A stretch of DNA of 64,000 bases from Variovorax paradoxus (GTDB lineage: Bacteria; Pseudomonadota; Alphaproteobacteria; Rhodobacterales; Rhodobacteraceae). The notes under the pieces were generated by a model. The model had not been told where the DNA came from. It made no database searches and worked only from the letters and a program-made list of their open reading frames with translations. A program made the translations under genes and the position numbers. The DNA is taken from positions 20,857 to 84,856 of the forward strand of contig CALRPT020000014.1 in NCBI GenBank assembly GCA_943370085.1, read 5' to 3'. Shown one piece after another: positions 39,401 through 48,433 of this stretch. Position 1 is the stretch's first letter; each line of letters opens with the position of its first letter.

Positions 39401-39765
39401 CCCCCGGGCGGTGCCATCGGCGGCAACACCGGCCGCACTTCAACCGATCCGGTCACCGCACAAGGCGCCCGCGCCGCCCAATCCAGCGCGCTGTCCAGAT
39501 CGGGCACCTCGATCACGAAATACCCGCCCAACTGCTCCTTCGTGTCGGCAAAGGGCCCGTCCTGCACATGGCGCTTGCCATCCATGACCCGCACCGTCGT
39601 GGCCAGCATCGGCCCCTGCAACCCGTCCCCCTTCACAATCACCCCCGCTGCCGCCATCGCCCCGATAAAGGCGTTCCATCCGCCCCAGTAATCGGCGGTC
39701 TCGGCAGGGTCGGTCCGCCGCGCGAACTCTGCCTCGGTCTCGTTCAGCATCAACATATACTGCAT
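39397..39765 (-). CDS. YciI/DGPF family protein
   Basis: MQYMLMLNETEAEF...DGPFADTKEQLGGYFVIEV. An alternative ATG lies at 39777. Confidence 0.8.
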   Translation of the reverse strand: MQYMLMLNETEAEFARRTDPAETADYWGGWNAFIGAMAAAGVIVKGDGLQGPMLATTVRVMDGKRHVQDGPFADTKEQLGGYFVIEVPDLDSALDWAARAPCAVTGSVEVRPVLPPMAPPGG

Positions 39766-39780
39766 GGCTCTCTCCATCCT

Positions 39781-40230
39781 TCAGCGCAGCATGGCACGCT
39801 TGCGCGCAAAAAGGGACAGGGCAAACAGCGCCGCTGCGATCAGTACCACGCTGGTGATGATCACCAACTGCTCTGGCAGCCCGGCAAACACCCCATAGGC
39901 CAGGTCCCCGGCAAATAGGGCGACATATCCTGCCAGCGACACCGCAAAGACAAGCACCGCCGCCGCGCGCTGCAACAGCATTAGCAGCGAGCCCACCGTC
40001 CCGCCGATCACCCCCACCGCAAACACCGCCGTCATCCATCCCGGCAGCGCCAGATAGATTTCCGCCTGCTTCGCCGTCATCCCCGCCGCCATCAGGCTCT
40101 CGCCCGTCTGGCGCAACGATCCCGCGAACTGCCACAGCCCGAACAGGTTCCACCCCAGCCCCGCCACGGCAGCCACCGGCAGCCAAACCCCCGCCCGGCC
40201 CCGCATCCCTATCTCCGATTTGTCCGTCAT
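39781..40230 (-). CDS. Small integral membrane protein (about 4 TM), hypothetical
   Basis: MTDKSEIGMRGRAGVWLPVAAVAGLGWNLF... The strong RBS AAGGAGGG precedes the ATG at 40230. It is the first gene of the operon that ends with the ECF sigma factor. Confidence 0.6.
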   Translation of the reverse strand: MTDKSEIGMRGRAGVWLPVAAVAGLGWNLFGLWQFAGSLRQTGESLMAAGMTAKQAEIYLALPGWMTAVFAVGVIGGTVGSLLMLLQRAAAVLVFAVSLAGYVALFAGDLAYGVFAGLPEQLVIITSVVLIAAALFALSLFARKRAMLR

Positions 40231-40570
40231 GTCACCCTCCTTTATGCCCCTCCGGCACGCGCCGGACATGACAATGACACCCGGCCCCTCGCGATTTAGA
40301 CAGCGCACCAAAAGAAATTTCCGGATTCCGGAACTGCACACCAACCCGCGCCGGGCGGCACCTCCAACCCCAAAAAAACAAACGTTTGCCACTCACGATG
40401 CGTGAATGAACAGCTTTGCCAAGTGTGCGACGCAAAAAGGCCACAACCTTGAGTTGGATTGCTACGACGCAATATCCTTTTTCCGCGGTACTGTTATTAC
40501 CAGTTAACAAGTTTCTCATAGCCGCCACCACGTGCGGGCAAACATTACAGGCAGGGACAGAGGTTCAGGA

Positions 40571-43500
40571 ATGACTGCAACTTGGCAGAGGAGGCCACAG
40601 GACAGCGCGCCGCTCGCCAAACCCAAATCATTCCTTGCATCCGCACGCAGCCTCTTCCGGCAGGCCCCTGCGCGCCTGTTCGCGCCCCTCAATACGGCAC
40701 TCCTCTTTGTCCTGCTCGCCCTTGCCCCTGCCTCGGCACAAGAGACCAAGACGCTCACGATCGTCTTTCCCGAACCCCTGCCGCCCTATGTCGTCCTTGA
40801 TACGAAAGGCGGCGTCACGGGTATCCGCGCCGATCTGTGGTCAGACTGGTCAAAGGCAACCGGCATCCCCGTCACCCTGCGCCAGGGCGCTTGGGCCGAC
40901 CTGCGCCAGCAAGTCGCCACCGGGACCGTCGATGTGATCGACATGGCGCTGATCGCGCCCGATCGCACCGACTGGCTCGACTTCAGCCCCGCCTATCTGA
41001 ACCTGTCCTATGCCGTGTTCCAACCCGCAGGGAACCGCGCGACCACGCCCGCGATCGCGACGCTGTCCGATGTGGCTGACCAGATCATCGGCACCCGCGC
41101 CGACAGCCCCTGCGCCAGACCGCTGGTCGCCAATGGCGCGCAGGTCCGCAGCTTCCCCTCGGGTGCCGCCATGACAGAGGCTGCACGCGATGGCACGCTC
41201 AGCCTGTTCTGCATGCCCATTCCCTTGGGAAATGCCCTCTTCGCCCGCGCCGGCCTGCAAGGCAGCTACACCCACAGCGCGCCCATCCTCGACATCTCCG
41301 CCCATTGGGCCGTGGCCGATGGCAATCCGGCCCTTTTCGCCACCATTCTTGATGGCTTCTCCCGCATCCCCCCCGACCGCATCCGCGAAATCGAGGATCG
41401 CTGGATGGGTGGCCGCGACTTCACCTTCCTCGGTCTGGGCGCCGACCAACTGCCGCTCTTTCTGGGTGCGCTGATCCTCGCCATCACCGTGGCGCTGGCC
41501 ACCACCGTCTTCCTGCGCCGTCGCCTTGACCGCGCCCTCGCCAACCGCGCCGAAATTGCCGATGCCCTGCGCCGCCGCCTGAACGAACAGGACTGCCTCA
41601 ACCGCGTCGCACTTGCCACCGAAGACATGGCCCGCCCACTGCCCGACATCCTGGCCGATCTGGCCGATGCGCTGGCCACCGGCATCGGCACCCCAGGCCG
41701 GACCCGCTTCCGCCTGCGCCTCTTCGGCGCGCTGCATGACGATTTCCCCACCGGCCTCGCGCCCGACCGTCTCCCGATCTTTTCCCTTCCGCTCATCGTC
41801 GATGGCCGCGCGCAGGGCGAAATCACCGCGCTCCACCTCGCGCGCGGCGCCGCGCAACCGCTCTCGCGCGATGACCAGTCGCTGCTCACCCGCGCCGCCG
41901 CCCGCATCACCGCCCGCGCCGAAGCCGCCCGCGCGACCGAACGGCTTGCACAAAGCGAAGAACGCTTCCGCCGCACCTTCCACCACTCCGCCCAGGCCAC
42001 CGCCGTCATCCGCAAGGGCCGCTTTGATGAGGCCAACGCCGCCGCCCTCGCCCTTCTGGGCTATCCCGAAGGCTCCACCTTCGTGGGCCTCACCCCCGAA
42101 GACATCTCTCCCGAACGGCAGCCGGATGGCGAGTTGTCCGTCGAAAAGGCCGCCCGTCTGACCCGCGCCGTCTTGCAGAACGGCAGCCTGAAATTCGATT
42201 GGGAACACCTCCGCGCCGATGGCACGCCAATCCTCTTCGAGGTGCTGCTTTCCGCCGTCTCCGATGGCGACCAGATCGAAATCTACACCCTGTGGAACGA
42301 CATCACCGTCAAGCGCCGCGCCGAAGCCGCCCTCGCCGCACATCAGCGCACGCTCGAGGCGCAGGTCGCCCTGCGCACCGAGGAACTCTCGCGCCTGAAC
42401 GAAGAACTCGTCACCCTCTTCGCCACCGCCGCCAGCGGCATCGCCCTCTTGCACGACGGCCTGATCCGCAGTTGCAACCCCTCCCTCTCGCAGCTCCTTC
42501 TCACCCCACAGGAACAGCTCATCGGCAGCCCCCTCGCCCCTATCTTCCGGGATGAGGCGGAATGGACCGATTTCCGCGATCAGGCCCATGCCGAAATGGA
42601 GCGCGGCAGCATCTTCAGCATCAACAGCGAAATTCGCCGCGGCGATGGCAGCACGCTCTGGGTCGCCATCCGCGCCAATGCGATCGACCCGCGCAATCCG
42701 GGTGCCGGGGCCGTGCTGGTGATCGACGACATCTCGAACGCCTATCTCGCCAGCCGCCAGCTTGCCGCCGCCCGCGACATGGCCGAACAGGCGGCGCAGC
42801 TCAAATCCGAATTCCTCGCACATATGAGCCATGAACTGCGCTCGCCCATCAACGCGGTCCTGGGCTTTGCCGAGCTTCTGATGGGCACCCCGCTGGTCGA
42901 CCATCAGCGTGATTATCTGCGCAAGGTACAGGCCTCGGGTCGCCACCTCTTGATGATCGTGAATGATGTTCTCGACCTGTCCAAAGTCGAGGCGGGCAAG
43001 CTGCATATCGAACAAACCGAATTCCGGTTGGGTGCCGTGGTCAAGGCCGCCATCGACACCATCGCCGCCGCCTGCGCCGAAAAGGGCATCGAGCTTATCG
43101 TCCAGACCGACCCCGCCCTTCCCCGCCAATTCATCGGCGATCCGCTGCGGATCACGCAGATCCTGATGAACCTGCTGACCAACGCGCTGAAATTCACCAA
43201 GGCGGGCGCCATCACCCTCACCATCCACCCCCTGCCGCAGGGCGGGCTGCACTTCGCCATCACCGATACCGGCATCGGCATCGCGCCCGATCACATCGGC
43301 CGCCTCTTCGACCGCTTCTCGCAGGCCGAAGACTCCACCGCCCGCCTCTATGGCGGCAGCGGCCTTGGCCTTGCCATCTGCCGCCAACTTGCCGATCTCA
43401 TGCAGGGCGAAGTGGGCGTCCAAAGCGTGCCGGGCGAAGGCAGCACCTTCTGGGTCAACCTCCCCCTCCAGCCGCTCCCCGATGCTGCACGCCCCACCAC

Positions 43501-44326
43501 GCCCCCGCTCGCAGGCCGCACCTTGTTGGTGATCGACGATGTCCCCGCCGCGGCCGAGGCCATCGCCACCCACCTGCACGCCGCCGGGGCCAGCGTCACC
43601 TGCGTCCCCCGCGCGCCCGACATCGGAACCGACCGCTACGATGCCATCCTGATCGACAGCCGAATGCCCGACATCGACGGCTTTGCCACCGCGCGCACCT
43701 TGGGCGAACGCCACGGCCCGGCCACCCCGCCGCTACTTCTGCTGGCGCACAAGGGCGGGCAGGACATCGTCGAACAGGCCCATGCCGAAGGATTCCGCGA
43801 CCTGGTGATGAAACCGGCCGAACCCGATCTGCTCATCGCCCGCCTGATCGCGCTCTTCCAATCCCCCGGCACGGCCCTGCCCGCGCCCATCCCCCAGCAC
43901 GCGCCGCGCACCGCCCCGGCCCATAGCGGCCGCCGCGCCCTCGTGGTGGATGACAACCCGCTCAACCTTGAACTCACCGCCGCCATGCTGGCCAATCAGG
44001 GCCTGACCACCGCCACCGCCACCAACGGGGCCGAGGCGCTTCAGGCCCTGCTGGATCAGGATTTCGACCTCATCCTGATCGACAGCCAGATGCCCATCAT
44101 GGACGGGATCGAGGCCACGCGCCGCATCCGCGCCCTGCCCACGGCCAAGTCAACTGTCCCGATCATCGGCCTCACGGGCAATGCCCGCGACTCCGAGCGC
44201 GAAGTGGCGCTGGATGCGGGCATGTCGGAATACATCGTGAAACCGATCTCGCCGGGCACGCTGCGCGCCCTGCTCACCCGCCATCTGGGCGGCGAAAAGG
44301 CCCCGACAGCGACCGCCGCGAATTAG
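40571..44326 (+). CDS. Hybrid sensor histidine kinase / response regulator with a periplasmic SBP-like domain, PAS domains and two receiver domains
   Basis: Signal/TM segment, then a family-3 SBP-like region and a second TM. PAS regions follow. H-box HMSHELRSPINAV, G-box GGSGLGLAICRQL. Receiver motifs LLVIDD...ILIDSRMPDIDG and ALVVDDNPLN...ILIDSQMPIMDG. The start could instead be the GTG at 40532. Confidence 0.85.
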   Translation: MTATWQRRPQDSAPLAKPKSFLASARSLFRQAPARLFAPLNTALLFVLLALAPASAQETKTLTIVFPEPLPPYVVLDTKGGVTGIRADLWSDWSKATGIPVTLRQGAWADLRQQVATGTVDVIDMALIAPDRTDWLDFSPAYLNLSYAVFQPAGNRATTPAIATLSDVADQIIGTRADSPCARPLVANGAQVRSFPSGAAMTEAARDGTLSLFCMPIPLGNALFARAGLQGSYTHSAPILDISAHWAVADGNPALFATILDGFSRIPPDRIREIEDRWMGGRDFTFLGLGADQLPLFLGALILAITVALATTVFLRRRLDRALANRAEIADALRRRLNEQDCLNRVALATEDMARPLPDILADLADALATGIGTPGRTRFRLRLFGALHDDFPTGLAPDRLPIFSLPLIVDGRAQGEITALHLARGAAQPLSRDDQSLLTRAAARITARAEAARATERLAQSEERFRRTFHHSAQATAVIRKGRFDEANAAALALLGYPEGSTFVGLTPEDISPERQPDGELSVEKAARLTRAVLQNGSLKFDWEHLRADGTPILFEVLLSAVSDGDQIEIYTLWNDITVKRRAEAALAAHQRTLEAQVALRTEELSRLNEELVTLFATAASGIALLHDGLIRSCNPSLSQLLLTPQEQLIGSPLAPIFRDEAEWTDFRDQAHAEMERGSIFSINSEIRRGDGSTLWVAIRANAIDPRNPGAGAVLVIDDISNAYLASRQLAAARDMAEQAAQLKSEFLAHMSHELRSPINAVLGFAELLMGTPLVDHQRDYLRKVQASGRHLLMIVNDVLDLSKVEAGKLHIEQTEFRLGAVVKAAIDTIAAACAEKGIELIVQTDPALPRQFIGDPLRITQILMNLLTNALKFTKAGAITLTIHPLPQGGLHFAITDTGIGIAPDHIGRLFDRFSQAEDSTARLYGGSGLGLAICRQLADLMQGEVGVQSVPGEGSTFWVNLPLQPLPDAARPTTPPLAGRTLLVIDDVPAAAEAIATHLHAAGASVTCVPRAPDIGTDRYDAILIDSRMPDIDGFATARTLGERHGPATPPLLLLAHKGGQDIVEQAHAEGFRDLVMKPAEPDLLIARLIALFQSPGTALPAPIPQHAPRTAPAHSGRRALVVDDNPLNLELTAAMLANQGLTTATATNGAEALQALLDQDFDLILIDSQMPIMDGIEATRRIRALPTAKSTVPIIGLTGNARDSEREVALDAGMSEYIVKPISPGTLRALLTRHLGGEKAPTATAAN

Positions 44327-45084
44327 GTCGGATAAGGCCATGGGGCTTGTGAGAACACACCCCCATCCACCCAAAGGGTCTGCCCCGTCACGAAATCCGC
44401 CGCCGGGGAACAGAAGAACAGCACCGGCCCCGCGATATCGGCGGGCGTCCCCACGCGGCGCAGCGGCGTGATCGGGCTCCACGTCCCCGCATAATCCCCC
44501 GCCTCCGCCGCCGTCCGCTCCGTCGCCACCGCGCCGGGCGCCACACAATTCACCCTTATGCCATGCGGCCCCAATTCGCAGGCCGCCGCTTTGGTAAACT
44601 GCTCGATCCCGCCCTTGGATGCCGTGTAATCAACCAGTTTCGGAAACGCCACCTTGTTGCAGCCCGATCCCAGATTGACCACCGACCCCTTCACCCCGCC
44701 CGTCACCATCAACCGCGCCGCGGCTTGGGTGTTCAGGAACGTGCCCCGCAGATTGGTCCGCATCACCGCGTCCCACTGATCCGCCCGCAACTCCAGCAGC
44801 CCGGCCCAGGTCTGTATCCCCGCATTGTTCACCAGCACGGATGGCGCGCACCCCGCCCAGTCGGCAGCCCGCGCATGAAACGCCACCACCGCCGCCTCAT
44901 CCCCCGCATCCGCCTCCACGCTCATACACCGCCGCCCCAGCGCCACCACCTCGCGCTCCACTTCTGCGGCAACATCCGCGCTGCCCAGATGGGTCAACGC
45001 CACATCATGCCCCGCCCCCGCCAGCGCCACCACCAGATGCCGCCCGATGGCCGAAGTCCCCGCCGTCACCACCGCAAGTGTCAT
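44323..45084 (-). CDS. SDR family oxidoreductase
   Basis: VVTAGTSAIGRHL...NNAG...YTASKGG, 253 aa. Confidence 0.85.
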   Translation of the reverse strand: MTLAVVTAGTSAIGRHLVVALAGAGHDVALTHLGSADVAAEVEREVVALGRRCMSVEADAGDEAAVVAFHARAADWAGCAPSVLVNNAGIQTWAGLLELRADQWDAVMRTNLRGTFLNTQAAARLMVTGGVKGSVVNLGSGCNKVAFPKLVDYTASKGGIEQFTKAAACELGPHGIRVNCVAPGAVATERTAAEAGDYAGTWSPITPLRRVGTPADIAGPVLFFCSPAADFVTGQTLWVDGGVFSQAPWPYPT

Positions 45085-45097
45085 CGCCTTCCTCCCC

Positions 45098-45925
45098 TTA
45101 CGCCAGAATATCCCAAACGAACCGCGCGCAGACCGTCAACAGAAACAGCCCGAACCCCGTCTCAAGCACCTTCTTGGGCAGGGAATGCGCCAACCGCACC
45201 CCCAGCCGCGTCGTCAGCAACGTCGTGGGAATGGTAAGCGCGAATGTCAGCAGGCTCACATAACCCAGCGCATCTACCGGCAGCCCCGGCTTGCCCCATC
45301 CCGCCGCCACATAGCCAATCGCCCCCGGTAGCGCGATCAGGATACCCACCGCCGACGCCGTCGAAATCGCGCGCCGAATGTCATAGCCATGCAGCGTCAA
45401 TACAAGATTGGTGATCGCCCCCCCGCCAATACCCATAAGCGCAGACAATACCCCGATCACCCCGCCATAAACACGCAGCACGCCGCGCCCCGGCAACCCC
45501 TCCGCCAGCCGCCACCCCGCGCCGCCCAGCAAAAGCTTCGCCGCATTCACCACCGCCACCGCGATGAACACCAGTTGAAACACCACCGGATCGGCAAAGC
45601 GCGCAATCACCGACCCCGCCAGCACCCCCAGCACCACCGGCACCGCCCAGAGCTTGATCAGGTCCATATCCACCGTGCCGCGCAGATAATGCCCCCGCGC
45701 GGAATTGAGCGACGTCGGGATGATCACCGCCAGCGACGTGCCCACCGCCATCGGCATCTGCACCGCCTCGGGGTAATCCAGCACCCGGAACAGCTCAAAG
45801 AACACCGGCACCGAAATCGCCCCGCCACCAATCCCGAACAGCCCCGCCAGCAAGCCGATCGCCGCCCCAGCCACAATCAGCGCCACGATCACCGGCAGCA
45901 GCGCCGCCACTTCCATCTCGCCCAT
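45098..45925 (-). CDS. TauE/SafE (DUF81) family anion exporter
   Basis: LLAGLFGIGGGAISVP and LMGIGGGAITNL motifs, about 8 TM. The track ORF is over-extended. The start could be at 45925 or 45916. Confidence 0.75.
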   Translation of the reverse strand: MGEMEVAALLPVIVALIVAGAAIGLLAGLFGIGGGAISVPVFFELFRVLDYPEAVQMPMAVGTSLAVIIPTSLNSARGHYLRGTVDMDLIKLWAVPVVLGVLAGSVIARFADPVVFQLVFIAVAVVNAAKLLLGGAGWRLAEGLPGRGVLRVYGGVIGVLSALMGIGGGAITNLVLTLHGYDIRRAISTASAVGILIALPGAIGYVAAGWGKPGLPVDALGYVSLLTFALTIPTTLLTTRLGVRLAHSLPKKVLETGFGLFLLTVCARFVWDILA

Positions 45926-46073
45926 CTTCCGCCTTCCAGTCCTTCCGGGCGGCCAGCGCCACCCGCGCCCCGTCTTAGGCCCGCCCTCCCCCAAGGACAA
46001 CCGCCGCCGCCTTGCCGAAATCGCACAACAGCCTAGGCTAAGACGAATATCAGACCAAAGGACCGCACCGCCC

Positions 46074-47192
46074 ATGACCGTGAACACCAGCCCCGTCTCT
46101 GCGGGCGAGGCGCTCGATATCCTCCGCGCCGCCCATGCGGCCCAAGGTGCGGGCCACCTCACCGCCTCATGGATGCTCCACGGCCGCCCCGGCATCGGCA
46201 AGACCGAGATCGTCACCCAGTTGGCGACCGAAACCGGCGCGCAACTTTTCGACCTGCGCCTCACCACTATCGAGCCGCAGGATCTGCGCGGCCTGCCCTT
46301 CTATGACCACGCCGCCCAGCGCACCGTCTGGTATCGCCCCGAAGACCTGCCCGATGATCCCGCCCGCCCTGCGATCCTGTTCCTCGACGAACTCACCGCC
46401 GCCGCCCCCACCCTGCAACCCACCGTCTACGGCCTTTTGCAGGAACGCCGCGTCGGTCGCCACCGCCTGCCCGACAGTTGCCTCATCATCGCCGCCGGCA
46501 ACGGCATCGACGATGGCGCCATCGCCTATGACATGGGCACCGCCCTCTCCGACCGGCTGATCCACCTGCAAATCCGGGCCGACGCGACCGACTGGCTCAC
46601 CCGCTACGCCGTGCCGAACACCCTCCACCCCGCCGTCATCACCTTCATCCGCACCCGCCCCGACCTCTTGGAAACGACCGAAGACTCCCTCCGCCGCGGC
46701 CTCACCATCGCCTGCACCCCCCGCTCATGGACCCGCGTCTCGCAAATCCTGAACGCTCTCCCCGACACCCGCCTGCGCGATCCGGTCATCACCGGCACCA
46801 TCGGCGACGCCGCCGCCGCAGAATTCCTTTTGCTGGTGCAAGAGCTTGCCACCAACGTCCAGATCGCCGACCTGCTTGATACGCCCAAGGCCAAACGCCC
46901 CGACCTCTACCCCACCACCATGACCGGCCTCACCGCCTTGACCTACGGCCTGATCGGCGCCGCCAATGCCACAACGATGCCCCGTGTCATCGAAGTGATG
47001 GCCGAACTCCGCCACCTCTCCCGTCTGCGTCCTGACGCCCCTTTCGCAAGGCTTCCCCTCGCCGAACTCACCACCCACGGCTTCGAACTCCTGATCCAGA
47101 AAGCCCTGTCGCAGAACCTGACCGAAGCCTTCCGCACCTCCCCCGCCTATGCCGACTACCGCGCCGAGCGGCAGGCCCAAGGCCTGGAATGA
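46074..47192 (+). CDS. MoxR-like AAA+ ATPase (AAA_5 type)
   Basis: Walker A GRPGIGKTE, Walker B ILFLDELTAA, 372 aa. Confidence 0.8.
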   Translation: MTVNTSPVSAGEALDILRAAHAAQGAGHLTASWMLHGRPGIGKTEIVTQLATETGAQLFDLRLTTIEPQDLRGLPFYDHAAQRTVWYRPEDLPDDPARPAILFLDELTAAAPTLQPTVYGLLQERRVGRHRLPDSCLIIAAGNGIDDGAIAYDMGTALSDRLIHLQIRADATDWLTRYAVPNTLHPAVITFIRTRPDLLETTEDSLRRGLTIACTPRSWTRVSQILNALPDTRLRDPVITGTIGDAAAAEFLLLVQELATNVQIADLLDTPKAKRPDLYPTTMTGLTALTYGLIGAANATTMPRVIEVMAELRHLSRLRPDAPFARLPLAELTTHGFELLIQKALSQNLTEAFRTSPAYADYRAERQAQGLE

Positions 47193-48433
47193 CCCGCCAC
47201 TCCACACGCGCCACCACTGCCCTGCGCGCGCTCAATGAACAAGACCCCGCCCTCGCCGCCCTCGCCCTCTGGTGCGATCACCGCGACCGCGACCACGGCC
47301 CCGCAGCGGAAACCACAGGCCAGACCATCCATTACGGCCCGGAATTCGACACCCTCCCCCGCCACGAACAGATCGGCACCGCCGCCCATCACATCCTGCA
47401 CGTGGCGCTCCGCCATTCCCCGCGCCTGGCCGACATGCACCTCCGCATGGGCGACCGCTTCGATCCCGCCCTCTGGCAAATCGCGGCGGATGCCATCGTC
47501 AACGAAACCCTCCTCGCCGCAGGCTACGCCCTGCCCCGCCCCGCGCTGACCCTGACGGGACTCCTATCCGCCGCGCTTGATGCCCAAACCTCCCCGCAAC
47601 AAGCCCTCGCGGAATGGGATGTCGACCGCCTCTATCACCGCCTCCGCGATGGCAGTGGCAAAGGCGGCGCCTCCGACCGCGCCCAAGCCCACGCCCGCGC
47701 CCAGAACCACGGACCCGACTTCAAACCCGATACCGCCCCCCCCGACCAACCCGAAACCCCCACCGCCGCCGATTGGCACCGCCACCTCGCCCGCGCGTTA
47801 GAGGCGGGCCGCCTCGCCGGTCGCGGCCTCGGCGCGGCCAACCTGCGCCTGGCCGACATCCCCACCCCGCAAACCCCGTGGGAGGTGATCCTGCGCCGCC
47901 TGCTCACCCGCGCCACGCTCGACAGGCCCCAGCCCACCCACCGCCGCCCCGCGCGGGCATGGATCGCCACCATGGCGCAGGCCCAACAGGACAACCGCCC
48001 CGAACCCGCCTTCCAACCCGCGATGTCCCGCCACAGCCCCGCCCCCCGCGTGGTGATCGCGCTCGACACCTCGTCCAGCATCACCGACGACGCCCTTTCG
48101 CTCCTGATGGCCGAAATCACCGGCATCAGTCGCCGCACCCGCGCAGAAATCCACCTCATCCCCTTCGACGACACCCCCGCCCCGCCCCTGCGGCTCGACC
48201 CCACCACATGGCAAAACCAACTCCGCGCGCTCGCCCCCCCACGCGGCGGCGGCACAGACTTCGCCCCCGCCTTCACGGCAGCCGCCCAACTCAACCCGTC
48301 CATCCTGATTGTCCTGACAGATCTTGAGGCTCCCCTGCCCCCACCCCCGCGCTTTCCGGTGATCTGGGCCGTCCCCGACGCGCGCCACGCCCCGCAACCT
48401 GCATGGGGCACCCGGCTCGACCTCTCCGACTAA
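47189..48433 (+). CDS. VWA-domain protein with an N-terminal putative-metallopeptidase-like domain (DUF2201-like)
   Basis: 4-nt overlap with the MoxR gene. N-terminal AAHHILHVALRH. C-terminal MIDAS-like VVIALDTSSSI. Confidence 0.65.
   Translation: MTRHSTRATTALRALNEQDPALAALALWCDHRDRDHGPAAETTGQTIHYGPEFDTLPRHEQIGTAAHHILHVALRHSPRLADMHLRMGDRFDPALWQIAADAIVNETLLAAGYALPRPALTLTGLLSAALDAQTSPQQALAEWDVDRLYHRLRDGSGKGGASDRAQAHARAQNHGPDFKPDTAPPDQPETPTAADWHRHLARALEAGRLAGRGLGAANLRLADIPTPQTPWEVILRRLLTRATLDRPQPTHRRPARAWIATMAQAQQDNRPEPAFQPAMSRHSPAPRVVIALDTSSSITDDALSLLMAEITGISRRTRAEIHLIPFDDTPAPPLRLDPTTWQNQLRALAPPRGGGTDFAPAFTAAAQLNPSILIVLTDLEAPLPPPPRFPVIWAVPDARHAPQPAWGTRLDLSD

Noticed and set aside
40231-40400. 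An ECF-type promoter (a TGTCGA-like -35 and CGTC-like -10) for the membrane/YciI/sigma operon.
   Set aside because: Only a loose TGTCTA was seen, with no properly spaced -10 element. That is not enough to call a promoter.
40850-43714. Very long antisense ORFs. Examples: 954 aa opposite the hybrid kinase, 770 aa at 24080-26392 opposite the DMGDH-like gene, 679 aa at 30409-32448, 589 aa at 50754-52523 and 532 aa at 59443-61041.
   Set aside because: These are typical shadow frames of high-GC DNA. Their translations are Arg/Pro/Gly/His-rich low-complexity strings with no motifs, whereas the opposite strand encodes clearly recognisable proteins.
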